Shown: positions 20,056 through 31,385, numbered from the stretch's first letter. The stretch is 64,000 nt of DNA from an uncultured Chloroflexia bacterium (GCA_963710105.1 CAVPYV010000001.1:2454485-2518484); one strand, 5' to 3'. The notes: generated by a model not told the origin, from the sequence alone. Translations and numbers: made by a program.

Positions 20056-21258
20056 ATGCAGGCCCACCGCGTCACGATGCTCGGCACGGGGCTGATCGGC
20101 GACTTCTACACGGCGACCCTCCACGGCCAGCGCGGCCGCGACCACGTCCGGGTCGTGTTCTCGCGGTCGCCGGAGCGCGGCGCCGCGTTCGCCGAGCGCT
20201 GGTCGATCCCGGAGCACACGACCGACCTGAAGGCCGCGATCGAGCACGCCGACACCGATACCGTCATCGTCGGGCTGCCGAACTACCTCCACGAGGAGGC
20301 GGTGTCGCTCGCGGCCGCGGCGGGCAAGGCGATCCTCTGCACGAAGCCGCTCGGGCGGACGGCGGATGAGGCGCGGCGGATGCTCGAGACCGTCGAGAAG
20401 GCGGGCGTCTTCGGCGGCTACCTCGAGGACCTGGCCTACACCCCGAAGACGCTGAAGGCGGTCCGCTCCGTGGAGGCGGGCGCGATCGGCGCGGTCACCT
20501 GGGTCCGCTCCCGGGAGACCCACCCCGGTCCCCACAGCGCCTGGTTCTGGGACGGCCGGCTGACCGGCGGCGGCGCGATCATCGACCTCGGCTGCCACTG
20601 CATCGAGATCATCCGGAGCTTCGTCGGCAAGGGCAACCGGCCCGTCGAGGTGCTGTGCACGACCGACACCCTCGTCCACCCGATCGACGACGAGGACAAC
20701 GCGATCGCCCTGATCCGGTTCGAGTCGGGCGCGACCGGCCAGTTCGAGGTGAGCTGGACGTTCCGCGGCGGGATGGACCTCCGCGACGAGGTGGCCGGAA
20801 CCCACGGCACGATCTGGCTGAACCACTTCCTCCGGACCGGGTTCGAGATGTTCACCGCGGGCGGCGGCGGCGGCTACGTCGCCGAGAAGGCCGAGACCAC
20901 GGCCGGCTGGCTGTTCCCGGTCGGCGACGAGGTCTCCGAGCTCGGCTACGTCGACATGTTCAGCGACATGTTCGGGGCGATGGAGGACGGCCGCCCGCCG
21001 CGCGAGAGCTTCTACGACGGCTACGTCGTCAACGCCGTCATGGACGCCTGCTACCGCTCGGCGAAGCGCCACGCCTGGGAGCCGGTCGAGCTCGCCGACT
21101 GGCGCGGCGGGACGACGCCGCGGATCGCCAGCCCGGCCGAGACGTACGAGGGCCAGACGGTGATCAAGCGCGAGCTCCTGCCGGACGGCCGGACGAAGCT
21201 GATCCTCAAGGACCCGGCCAGCGGCGACTTCACCGACCGGATCGTCAGCGGCGGCTGA
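20056..21258 (+). CDS. Gfo/Idh/MocA family NAD(P)-dependent oxidoreductase.
   Basis: [14 protein letters not shown] Rossmann N-terminus; EKPLGRT-like [12 protein letters not shown]; C-terminal dimerisation domain. A perfect Shine-Dalgarno AAGGAGG lies 8 nt upstream of the ATG at 20056. The TTG start at 20038 in the track is unlikely. Confidence 0.8.
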   Translation: MQAHRVTMLGTGLIGDFYTATLHGQRGRDHVRVVFSRSPERGAAFAERWSIPEHTTDLKAAIEHADTDTVIVGLPNYLHEEAVSLAAAAGKAILCTKPLGRTADEARRMLETVEKAGVFGGYLEDLAYTPKTLKAVRSVEAGAIGAVTWVRSRETHPGPHSAWFWDGRLTGGGAIIDLGCHCIEIIRSFVGKGNRPVEVLCTTDTLVHPIDDEDNAIALIRFESGATGQFEVSWTFRGGMDLRDEVAGTHGTIWLNHFLRTGFEMFTAGGGGGYVAEKAETTAGWLFPVGDEVSELGYVDMFSDMFGAMEDGRPPRESFYDGYVVNAVMDACYRSAKRHAWEPVELADWRGGTTPRIASPAETYEGQTVIKRELLPDGRTKLILKDPASGDFTDRIVSGG

Positions 21259-21712
21259 CCGCCGGGCGGACGGTTCGGGCCCGTGTCGCCGAAGGTCTGC
21301 TCGCGTCGCCGAAGGTCAGCTCGCGACGCTGGCCCCCCAGCGCATCGGCTCCTCCTCCTGGACGCCGCGCGGCCAGGCACCGTAGTCGGGAGCCGCCAGG
21401 AGGTTGGCGAGGGAGCCCGGGCCGTCGCCGCGCAGGGCCCGGACGAGGAGGACGATCGGGGCGGCGACCGCCACGGACGCGACGACGGCCTGGAGGAAGG
21501 GGACGATCTCGGGCACGAGTGAGCTCCGTGACGACGGTGGCCGGCGGGTCCGGCCGTTCGTCGCCGATCCTCGCCCGCGAGCGCGCGGGCCGCGATGGAC
21601 GCCGGGCCCGTGCGGACATCGTCAATCGACGACCCCTCGAGAGCGGCGACCGGGCGGACCGGGGCCGGGCGCGGGCCGGCCCGGGCCGGGCGCGGGCCGG
21701 CGGCGGACCGGC

Positions 21713-24108
21713 TCACTCGAGGGCGGACTCGGTCAGGTGGTGCGGCCGCCGGACGAGCTCGATCGGCGGACCGTCCAGGAGCAGCTCGGCGGTCAGCGGC
21801 AGGTCGACGGAGGAGGCGCCGACCTGCAGGCTGACGCGACCGGGCTCGACGACGCGGCGGTAGATCCGCGCCGACGTAGGAGAACTGCTCGGTGGAGAGG
21901 CGGAAGATGACCGTCTGGCATTCCCCGGCCGCCAGACGCAGCCGGCGGAAGCCCGCGCAGCTCGCGCACCGGGCGGGCGACCGTCGCCTCCTCGTCGCGG
22001 ACGTAGAGCTGCACGACCTCGTCGCCGGCCCGGCGCCCGGTGTTGGTGACGTCGACCCGGACCGCGACCTCGCCGCCGGTCGTCGCGAGGACGTCCGGTC
22101 GAGCGCGGAGGTCGGTCGATCGCGAACGTCGTGTACGAGCGGCCGAAGCCGAACGGCCAGAGCGGCGCGACCGGGCCGTCGACATAGTCGCCCTTCGGGT
22201 TGCGAGCGGCCGCCCGTCGGGTGGTGGCGGTAGGTCAGCGGCACCTGGCCCACGGGGCGCGGCATCGTCACGGGCAGCTTGCCGCTGGGGTTCACGTCGC
22301 CCGCTGAGCGACGTCGGCGATCGCCGCCGGGCCGGCGTCGCCGGGCACCCAGGCGAGCAGGATCGCGGCGCAACGGTCGGCGGCCCACTCGAGCGCCAGC
22401 GGCCGACCGCTGACGACCACCAGCACGACCGGCGTGCCGGTGGCGACGACGCGCCTCGAGCAGCTCCTGCTGCCGGCCGAGCAGCCCGAGCCCGGCGCGA
22501 TCGCGGAACTCGCCGGTCGTCGATTCGGCGGTCAGGCCCGACCGCTCGCCGAGGACCACGATCGCGACGTCCGCGTCGCGGCGACCGTCGACGGCCGCGG
22601 CGATGCTCCGCGTCGGTGCCGTCGTGATGCCCGCTGCCGCGGGCGTGGACGACCTCGGCCCGGCAGCGCGCGCGCAGCGCATCGAGGATCGTCCGCCTGC
22701 CGGTCAGCTCGTCTCCGAGCGCCACATGCCTCGCCCGTCGCCGATGACCGCCGAGCGCGTCGCCGCCGCGGCGCATCTCGCTGGAGCGTCTCGATGTGGA
22801 CCAGGTGGCTGTAGTCACCGAGCAGGTCGCGGGCGCTGTCGGCGATCGGTCCGACGACCGCGACGCGGCGCGGTCCGGCGCGAGCGGCAGCACGCCATCG
22901 TTCTCGAGCAGGACGAGCGAGCGCTCGGCGAGATCGCGCGCGGCCGCCGCCTCCGTCCGCGGCGAGGCGCTCCAGGGCCGCGCTCGATCGGGACGTCGAC
23001 GTACGGGCGCTCGAAGAGGCCGAGGCGGAACTTCATGCGCAGCACCCGGCCGACGGCCGCATCGAGCAGTGCCTCGTCGACCCGCCCGTCGTCGATGGCG
23101 CTCGCGAGCGGGCGCACCGAAGGCGACGGTCCGCGGCAGCTCGGGGTCGACGCCCGGCCTCGAGCGCCATGCGGCGCGGCCTCGCCGAGGTCCGCGGTCA
23201 GGCGGTGGGCGGTCACGAGCATCTCGATGCCCATGTAGTCCGAGGCGACGATGCCGTCGAAGCCCCACTCGTCGCGCAGGATCGCGGTCGAGCAGCTCGC
23301 GCGAGGCGTGGCAGGGCACGCCGTCGACGTCGCAGTAGGCGGGCATGACGCTGGCGATCCCGCCGTCGACGGACGGCCGCCTCGAACGGGAAGAGCTGCT
23401 CGTCGCGCAGCTCGCGCGGACCGAGGTGGGCCGGCGCCTGGTTGAGCCCGCCCTCCGCGAGCCCGTGGCCGACCAGGTGCTTGGCGGTCGCGAGGACGCC
23501 GTCCGCGCGGTCCGGCGCCCTGGAGCGCCTCGACATAGGCGAAGCCGATCTCGGCCGCCAGGTACGGATCCTCGCCGTACGTCTCCTCGATCCGCCCCCA
23601 GCGCGGGTCGCGCGCGATGTCGAGCACGGGCGCCAGCGCCTGGCGGGCGCCGGTCAGGCAGCATCCGCCGCCGGATCGTCGCCGGCCATCGCCGCCGACG
23701 AGCGTCCGGGATCGAACGTGGCCGCCGCGCCGATGGACTGCTGGAAGCACGGCGCGCCCCAGGCGAGCAGCGCCGTGGAGGCGACTCCTCGTGGATGATC
23801 GCCGGGATGCCCAGGCGGGTCTCCTCGACCAGGTAGCGCTGGATCGCGTTCGCCATCTCGGCCACCTCGGCGGCGCGCAGATTGGTCGACCCGGCGAGGC
23901 GGGTGATCTGGCCGATCCCGTCGCGCCACCAGCGCGCGTCAGCCGGTCGCGGTCGAGGCCGTCCTCGCTCGACGACCTCGAACGCCCAGACCGACCCCAG
24001 CTGGGCGAGCTTCTCGGCCCGCGTCATCCGGCCGAGGAGGTCGGCGACCCGCGCCTCGATCGGGCAGTGCCGGGTCGCGATAGGGCGCTCAGCGGCGCGT
24101 CGCATCAT
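21713..24108 (-). CDS. Glycoside hydrolase family 3 (BglX-like beta-glucosidase/beta-xylosidase). It is split over several frame changes.
   Basis: N-terminus RVADLLGRMTRAEKLAQL. LAPVLDIARDPRWGRIEETYGEDPYL and GFDGIVASDYMGI are in other frames. The C-terminus VEPGRVSLQVGASSVDLPLTAELLLDGPPIELVRRPHHLTESALE* ends at the stop 21713-21715. Confidence 0.7.
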
Positions 24109-24960
24109 CCCTTCACCGCTCCCGCGGTGAGGCCACCGACGAGCTGACGCTCGGCGACGACGTAGAACAGCGAGCGCCGGAATGATGGCGAGCGACGTGT
24201 ACGCCAGGATGCGCGCCGTGTCGGTCGAGTACTGCGTCCCTGAAGTTCATCACGCCGAGCGGCAGCGTCCAGTTGCCGGCGTCGTTGAAGCACCACCAGC
24301 GGCAGCAGGAACTTGTTCCAGCTCGCCACGAGCGCCAGCACCGAGACCGTGGCCAGCGCCGGTCGCGCCAGCGGCAGCAGGACCCGCCAGAAGAAGCCGA
24401 ACGGACTGCAGCCGTCGATCGCGGCGGCCTCCTCGAGCTCGCGGGGATGCTCCGGAAGAACGGCCGCAGGATGATGATCGTCAGCGGCAGCCCGAAGGCC
24501 GCCTGCGGGCAGGATCACGCCGAGCGGGTTGTCGAGCAGGCCGAGGTCGCGCAGCAGGATGAACAGCGGCAGGATCGCCACGGCGACGGGAACATCAGGC
24601 CGAGCGCGAACAGCGTGAACAGCAGCTCCCGGCCGCGGAACGCGAAGCGGGCGAAGACGAACGCGGCGAGCGCCGCGAACACGACCACGATCGACGGTCG
24701 TGATGCCGGCGACGATCAGGCTGCTGTTGCGGAGCTGCCGCCAGAAGCTGCGGCGAGGTCAGGGAGTCCGTGTAGTTGGTGCCAGACCCACGGGTTCGGG
24801 CAGGCCGAGCGGGTTGGCCGCCGAGCTGCGGTGTGTCCTTGAAGCCGCCGAGCACCGCGAAGAGGATCGGGACGACGACGACGCGCCGCGACGCACGAGG
24901 AGCACGAGTGGCGCGCACGCCGGAGCCCGCGATCCGGCGGACGCGGACCGGCGTCGAGGC
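24105..24960 (-). CDS. ABC sugar transporter permease (MalG-like, CUT1 family). Frame-shifted; boundaries are approximate.
   Basis: The EAA motif [27 protein letters not shown] plus a C-terminal TM segment ending at the stop 24105-24107. Confidence 0.6.
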
Positions 24961-25950
24961 CGCGGACCGTCCGGCTCGCCGTCGTGATCGGTCCGGCGCG
25001 GTCGTCGGCTCACCATACGGTGATCGCGCCCTCGATGTCGCGGCGCATGCACGAAGCGCTGGTAGAACGAGGGCGAACACGAGGCTGATCAGGAACAGGA
25101 TCGACGGCGATGGCGCTGCCGTAGCCGACCTGGAAGCGCTTGAAGCCGAACTGGAACATGTAGATCGCCATCGTCTCCGAGGCGTGGACCGGCCCGCCGC
25201 GCGGTCGAGACCCAGACCAGGTCGAAGAGCTGGATCGCGCCGATGATCGACAGGAACACCCTGACCCGGATGTCGGGCCGAGCAGCGGCAGGGTGACGTG
25301 GCGGAACGCCTGCCAGCGCGGTGGCGCCGTCGATCGCGGCGGCCTCCTCCAGCTCGCGCGGGATGCCCTGGAGGCCGGCCAGGAACAGGATCATGTGGAA
25401 GCCGAAGTACTTCCAGGAGATCACCAAGAACAGCGCGAACATCACGGTGCCCGGGTCGGCCAGCCATCGTCGTCGGCGCCGCCCAGCCCGACCGCCGTCA
25501 GGAGCGCGCTCGACCAGGCCGTTCGGCTAGAGGAGCAGGCTGCAGACGATCGCCGGTGATGACCTCGGACAGCACGTACGGCGCGAAGAAGATCAGCCGG
25601 AAGATCGCGCGGCCGCGGAAGTCGCTGGTTGAGCAGCAGCGCCAGGCCGAGCGCGAACGGGAGCTGGACCGACCAGCGACAGGACGATGATGAACACGTT
25701 GTGGCCACCGTCGCCGAGGAAGACGCGGTCGGCCAGCGGCCCGGGTGATAGTTGTCGAGCCCGACGAAGTTGGTCGAGCGGCCTCGAGCCCGTTCCAGTT
25801 GAACAGGCTGAAGCGTACCGCCTGGACGATCGGGCAGCAGGACGAACAGCGCGAACAGGACCAGCGCCGGGCAGCAGGAACAGCCCGGCGATGCGCCAGC
25901 GTGCCAGTCCGGCCGGTCGGTGACGCGGGCTCGACGGCGGTCGCCACGGT
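24960..25950 (-). CDS. ABC sugar transporter permease (MalF-like, CUT1 family). Frame-shifted; boundaries are approximate.
   Basis: N-terminal TM1 [12 protein letters not shown] / FSLFNWNGL...FVGLDNY. The EAA region is [40 protein letters not shown]. Confidence 0.6.
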
Positions 25951-25979
25951 CGATCACTCGGTGACGCGAATGGGCCGGC

Positions 25980-27355
25980 GCGTCGCCGGCCCGTTCGCTG
26001 CGTGGGTCGAGGACTGCGCCTACTGCCTTGGCGGCCGCGTTGATGGCCTCGGCGACCTCCTCCGGCGTGCCGGTCCCGGCGATCAGCTGGCGACGCGTCG
26101 TTGATCGCGCCGCCGAGCGCCGGCGGCGTACGCCTGGTCGAGGTAGAGCTGGACGACCGGTGGCCTTGGCAGCGGCCGTCGAGCACCGACTTCATGTTCG
26201 GGTCGGTGACCGACGCCTCGGTGCCGACCGTCGTCGGCAGGATGCCCGTGTTCGGGCGCCCCAGCGGTTTGCGACGTCGACGCTGAGGAGGTACTTCAGG
26301 AAGTCGACGGTCTCCGGCGGCGCGTCCTTGCCGACGGCGAAGCCGTTGCCGCCGCCGAAGCCGTCGGTCGGCATGGCCCGCGCCGCCGTCGACGGCCGGG
26401 AACGGGAAGAAGCCGAGGTCGTCGCCGATGCCCTGCTGCTGCTCGAGTTGGCGTCTGACCGGCCGGGCCCACTGGCCCATCAGCTCCATGGCGCCTTGCC
26501 GTTGCCCATGGCGGCGGCCGCCCTGCCGGCGCCGTCACGGCGCCGCAGGAAGCCCTTCTGGAACGGCTGGAGGTCGACCAGCTCCTTGAAGTGCTCGCCG
26601 GCCTCGACGAAGCACGGGTCGGTCCAGTCGCCTGTCGTGACGGCCTTCTGCATGCCGTCCAGGCCGCCGACGCGCATCGCGAGGTAGGCCCAGTAGAAGT
26701 GGCCGGGCCACTTCTCCTTGCCGGCCAGGGCGATCGGGGTGATGCCGGCGGCCTTGAGCTCTGGACGTCGTCGAGGAACTCGGCCCAGGTGGCCGGCGGC
26801 GCGGTGATGCCGGCCTTGGCGAAGAGCTCCTTGTTGTACCAGAAGCCGACCATGCCGAGGTCGAACGGAATGCCGTAGATCTTGCCGTCGACCTGGTACA
26901 TGCCCGCAGCGCGCCCGGGATGATCGTGTCCGATCCACGGTCGACGACGTCGTCGGTGATGTCCTTGACCAGGCCGGCGTCGACCTGCTGCTTGAGCACG
27001 CCGCCGCCCCACGACTGGAACAGGTCGGGCGGCGTTGCCCGCCTGGGGCGTCGTCAGCTTGGCCTTGAACGCCTCGTTCTCCTGAGGCTGGATGTTGATC
27101 GTGACGTTCGGGTGCGCGGTCTTGTACTCGTTGGCCATCGCCGCCCAGACCCAGCATCGGTTCGGTGTTCTGGATGTGCCACCAGTTGATCGTGACCGGC
27201 TCGGCGGCCTTCGACGCCTCACTGCTCGGTGTGGTCGTCGTCGCGGTCGTCGGCGCGGTCGACGGAGCGGTCGAGGCCCCACCGCCCGTGCACGCGGACA
27301 CCACCAGGGCCAGGGTTCCCAAGATCCCCACGGATCGCCGGCGTGTGAACACCAC
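25980..27355 (-). CDS. ABC transporter extracellular sugar-binding lipoprotein (CUT1 family). It is heavily frame-shifted; boundaries are approximate.
   Basis: Signal/lipobox VGILGTLALVVSACTGG; Thr-rich linker; PVTINWW...; internal segments LKQQVDAGLVKDITDDVV and NGFAVGKDAPPETVDFLKYLLS fall in different frames. Confidence 0.6.
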
Positions 27356-27463
27356 TCGATCTCCTCCTCCCGAGCGTGCCTCGGGTGCATGCGGGCGCGG
27401 GTGCGGCGGTGTCGTCAACACGGCGACCGACCGGCCGGTCTGGCCCTGACTGCCTGCTTCAGG

Positions 27464-27479
27464 TTCGAAAGTTTCGCAA
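27464..27479. promoter_or_regulatory. Palindromic operator-like site TTCGAAAGTTTCGCAA (core CGAAA-G-TTTCG) in the divergent promoter region between the LacI regulator and the ABC operon.
   Basis: Perfect 5-bp inverted-repeat arms around one central base. Its reverse-complement form recurs at 27620-27630, immediately upstream of the LacI start. Confidence 0.45.
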
Positions 27480-27617
27480 CTGATGCCGATGATTTCGATC
27501 ACCATACGGAGGACGCGAGGACGCGTCAAGGCCGTTTCGACGCAATGAGGCGGGTCCTCCGGCCCGGCCGGGACACGCCGGCCCGACAGCCCGTCATGCA
27601 ACGACGGCAGAAACGCG

Positions 27618-27633
27618 CACGAAACTTTCGCTA
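27618..27633. promoter_or_regulatory. Second copy of the CGAAA-N-TTTCG palindrome (CACGAAACTTTCGCTA), overlapping the LacI-family regulator start region. It implies autoregulation.
   Basis: The shared motif GAAA[G/C]TTTCGC[A/T]A...ATG appears in both copies. The second copy lies 3 bp upstream of the regulator ATG at 27636. Confidence 0.45.
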
Positions 27634-27635
27634 TC

Positions 27636-28687
27636 ATGTCGTCCATGACGAGCACGGCCCCGGCGACGCGCCGACGACGACCCGCCGCAACGACGATCGC
27701 CTTCATCGCGGAGCGAGCGGGCGTGTCGGTCCCGACCGTCTCGAAGGTCATCAACGGCCGGCCGGACGTCTCGACCGAGACCCGCCGGCGCGTGGAGGCC
27801 GCCCTCGCGAGCAGGGCTACCAGCGATCGCGGCGGTCACGCGCCCGGTCGCCGCTGCTCGAGGTGATCTTCAACGAGCTCGAGAGCGAGTGGGCGCTCGA
27901 GATCGTCCGCGGCGTCGAGCGCGTCGCCGGACGGAATGACCTCGCGGTCGTGATCTCCGAGATGCAGGGCCAGGGGACGCCGGGTCGAGGCTGGTTCGAG
28001 GGCGTCCTCGCGCGTCGGCCGATGGGCGTGATCGCCGTGTTCTCGGACCTGACGGAGGCGGTCGCGCGAGCAGCTCCGCGCCCACGACATCCCGTTCGTC
28101 GTGGTCGACCCGACGGGCGAGCCGCTCCACGACACTCCGTCGGTCGGAGCCGACGAACTGGAACGGCGGCCTCACCGCGACGCGACACCTCATCGCCCTG
28201 GGCCACCGCCGGATCGGTGTGATCGGGGGACCCGAATCGATCCTGTGCAGCCGGGCCCGGGTCGACGGCTTCCGCGCCGCGATGGACGAGGCGGGCGTTC
28301 CCGATCGATCCGGCCATGATCAGTCACGGCGCGTTCCACGTCGAAGAGGGCATCGATCGCGGTCGGGCCCTCCTCCAGGCGGCGGACCCGCCGACGGCGA
28401 TCGTCACCGGGAACGACCTCCAGGCCCTCGGCGTGTACCAGGTCGCGCGCGAGCTTCGCCTCCACATCCCCGAGGACATCAGCGTCGTCGGGTTCGACGA
28501 CCTGCCGGTCGCCCGCTGGGTCAGCCCGCCCCTGACGACGATCCGCCAGCCGCTCGTCGAGATGGCCGTGACCGCGGCCGAGCTGGCCCTGTCGATGGCC
28601 CGCGGCGAGCGGCCGACTCAGCCGCGCGTCGAGCTGACGACAGAGCTGGTCGTCCGCGAGAGCACCGCGCCTCCCCGCCGCCGCTAG
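27636..28687 (+). CDS. LacI-family transcriptional regulator. Frame-shifted.
   Basis: HTH TIAFIAERAGVSVPTVSKVINGRPDVSTETRRRVEAAL. A periplasmic-binding-like C-terminal domain (IVTGNDLQALGVYQVARELRLHIPEDISVVGFDDLP) is in another frame and ends at 28687. Confidence 0.7.
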
Positions 28688-29976
28688 GGCTCCGCGACCT
28701 CCGGCATCCCCGCGGGCCGGCCGGCCGCCAGCCACTGGCCGATCGCGTCGCGCGAGAACAGCTCGTCGAGGACCATCGACGACGCGCCGATCACGCCGGC
28801 CAGCCCGCCCAGCGACGAGCGCTGGATCAGCAGGTCGCGCGTCGCCAGCGGGAGCGACCGGCGATAGACGGTCTCGCGGATCGAGGCGAGGAGCTGGTCC
28901 GGGCTGTTGGCGACGCCGCCGCCGATGACGACGAGCGACGGGTTGAAGAAGTTGACGACGCTCGCCAGCATCGAGCCGATCCGCCGGCCGGCCGACTGGA
29001 GCAGGGCGACCGCGACCGGGTCGCCCGCCGACGCGGCCCGGGCGACGTCCTCGGCGGTCACCCGGCCGCGGTGGTCGAGGGCCGTCCGCAGCCGCGCCGA
29101 GCGACCCTCGCGGGCCGCGTCCTCGCCGTCTCGCCCGATCGCCCCGCCGCCGGCGAGCGCCTCCAGGCAGCCGATGTTGCCGCAGCGGCAGACGACGGCC
29201 GGGTCGTCGCTCACCTGGATGTGCCCGACGTCGCCGGCGCTGCCCTGCGCTCCGCGGTGGAGGCGTCCGCCCGAGATGATCCCGGCCCCGATCCCGGTCC
29301 CGATCTTGACCACGACGACGTCGTCGTGGCCGGCGGCGACGCCGGACCGCCACTCGCCGAGGGCGAGGACGTTGACGTCGTTGTCGACCCAGACCGGCGA
29401 CCCGTGGCGCGCCGCGAACCGCTCCCGGATCGGGTAGCCGTCCCAGCCGGGCATGATCGGCGGCGAGATCGGCCGGCCGGTCGCGAACTCGACCGGCCCC
29501 GGGACCGCGATCCCGATCCCCCACAGGCCGCCGGGCACGCCGTGGGTCGTCTCGAGGAGCTGGTCGAAGAGCTCCTCCACCCGGGCCAGGCCGACATCCG
29601 GTCCGGCGCCGATGTCGGCCGGCTCGTCGCGGTGGCCGAGGATCGCCCCGTCGAGGGTCGTCAGCGCCACGTCGACGCTCGTCGCGCCGAGGTCCGCGAC
29701 GAGGAGGTGGCCGGCCTGCGCCCGGAACGTCAGCTGGCGGGCCGGCCGACCGCCGGTCGATCGACCGGGATCGCCCTCGACGACCAGGCCCCGCTCGATC
29801 AGCTCGCCGATCCGCCGGGTCACGATGGCGCGGCCCAGCCCGGTCCGCTCGACGAGCTCGGAGCGCGACCGAGATCGGCCGAACCGGATCTCGTCGAGGA
29901 CGAGGACGAGGGCGTCGAGCGCCTCGTCCGGCAGGGGGCCGTTCACCTCGCGATCATACGTCCGCCACGGTCGACA
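28684..29976 (-). CDS. ROK-family transcriptional repressor (NagC/XylR-like). The start is approximate.
   Basis: Winged-helix N-terminus LVERTGLGRAIVTRRIGELIERGLV; ROK sugar-kinase fold with CRCGNIGCLE zinc motif; DNDVNVLALGE. Confidence 0.75.
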   Translation of the reverse strand, partial: CRPWRTYDREVNGPLPDEALDALVLVLDEIRFGRSRSRSELVERTGLGRAIVTRRIGELIERGLVVEGDPGRSTGGRPARQLTFRAQAGHLLVADLGATSVDVALTTLDGAILGHRDEPADIGAGPDVGLARVEELFDQLLETTHGVPGGLWGIGIAVPGPVEFATGRPISPPIMPGWDGYPIRERFAARHGSPVWVDNDVNVLALGEWRSGVAAGHDDVVVVKIGTGIGAGIISGGRLHRGAQGSAGDVGHIQVSDDPAVVCRCGNIGCLEALAGGGAIGRDGEDAAREGRSARLRTALDHRGRVTAEDVARAASAGDPVAVALLQSAGRRIGSMLASVVNFFNPSLVVIGGGVANSPDQLLASIRETVYRRSLPLATRDLLIQRSSLGGLAGVIGASSMVLDELFSRDAIGQWLAAGRPAGMPEVAEP

Positions 29977-30041
29977 CGAACCCACTTTTGCACTTGACGC
30001 GCCAAAGTATGATGATGATCGCTCGAACGGATACGACTCCC

Positions 30042-30060
30042 CGCGCACGCGATGTGCGCG
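30042..30060. promoter_or_regulatory. Inverted repeat CGCGCAC-GCGAT-GTGCGCG in the divergent ROK-regulator / oxidoreductase promoter region.
   Basis: Perfect 7-bp arms with a 5-bp spacer. A second palindrome, TCTAGAACGTCTAGA, lies at 30109-30123, about 48 bp before the ATG at 30171. Confidence 0.35.
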
Positions 30061-30170
30061 CGGTCCGTGGGTTGTCATCAGGTTGGGCGCCGAGGCGGCG
30101 TCCGGTACTCTAGAACGTCTAGACAGGTCGCCGCGCATTCCCGGCCCCCATCGAGACCGTCAGGAGCTGG

Positions 30171-31385
30171 ATGAGCAGGTTCGCCGACATCGGTGCCGCC
30201 GTCATCGGCACCGGCTTCATCGGGACCGTCCACGTCGAGCAGCTGCGCCGGATCGGCGTCGACGTGCGCGGCGTCCTCGGCAGCACCCCGGAGCGCGGGA
30301 CGGACCGGGCCGCGGCCCTCAGCGTCCGCCGCGCCTACGCCTCGCTCGGCGAGATCCTCGCCGACCCCACCGTCGACGTCGTCCACGTGACCTCGCCGAA
30401 CCACCTCCACGTGCCGCAGGCTGCGGCGATCCTCGCCGCCGGCAAGCACGTCGTCTGCGAGAAGCCGCTGGCCCTGACCGCGGCCGAATCCGCCGCCCTC
30501 GTCGAACAGGCCCGGGCGAGCGGCCTCGTCAACGCGGTCAACTTCAACATCCGCTTCTACCCTCTCCATCAGCACGCGCGCGAGGCGATCGCCGCCGGCG
30601 AGCTCGGCGAGATCCGGTTCGTGACCGGCCACTACTTCCAGGACTGGCTCCTCCACGACACGGACTGGAACTGGCGGCTCGAGCCGGACAAGGGCGGCGC
30701 GCTCCGCGCGGTCGGCGACATCGGCTCCCACTGGCTCGACCTGATGGCCTTCGTGACCGGCCAGCCGATCGCGTCGGTGATGGCCGACCTCGCGACCTTC
30801 GTGGCGGCCCGCCAGGCGCCGACCGGGCCGGTCGAGACCTTCTCGACCGAGCGGTCCGGGGACACGATCACCCGGCCGATGGGCACCGAGGACGCGGCGA
30901 CGCTCCTCCTCCGCTTCGCGAACGGGGCCCGCGGCTCGCTGGCCGTGTCGCAGATCAGCGCCGGCCGCAAGAACTCCCTCCAGTGGGAGATCGACGGGTC
31001 GGAGGGCGCCGCCTGGTGGGACTCGGAGACACCCGACCACCTGTGGCTCGGCCACCGCGACCGGCCGAACGAGGTCCTGATGCGCAACCCGGCCCTGATG
31101 AGCCCGGCCGGCCGCGCCGCGGCCGCGCTGCCGGGCGGCCACGTCGAAGGCTTCGGCGACACGTTCGGGGCGCTGTTCCGGGCGATCTACGCCGACGTCG
31201 CGGCCGGCCGTCCGAATCCTGCTCCACCGTACGCCGACTTCGCCGCCGGCCACGACGAGATGCTCGTGAACGACGCGATCGCCCGGAGCGCCGCCGAGGC
31301 GCGCTGGGTCGACGTCGAGCGCTCGCCGTCCGCCGGGCTCGGCCCGACCGCCCACCCGGCCACGCTTACGGGGATGCCCGCATGA
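30171..31385 (+). CDS. Gfo/Idh/MocA family oxidoreductase.
   Basis: AAVIGTGFIGTVHV...CEKPLALTAAES; C-terminal alpha/beta dimerisation domain. Confidence 0.8.
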   Translation: MSRFADIGAAVIGTGFIGTVHVEQLRRIGVDVRGVLGSTPERGTDRAAALSVRRAYASLGEILADPTVDVVHVTSPNHLHVPQAAAILAAGKHVVCEKPLALTAAESAALVEQARASGLVNAVNFNIRFYPLHQHAREAIAAGELGEIRFVTGHYFQDWLLHDTDWNWRLEPDKGGALRAVGDIGSHWLDLMAFVTGQPIASVMADLATFVAARQAPTGPVETFSTERSGDTITRPMGTEDAATLLLRFANGARGSLAVSQISAGRKNSLQWEIDGSEGAAWWDSETPDHLWLGHRDRPNEVLMRNPALMSPAGRAAAALPGGHVEGFGDTFGALFRAIYADVAAGRPNPAPPYADFAAGHDEMLVNDAIARSAAEARWVDVERSPSAGLGPTAHPATLTGMPA

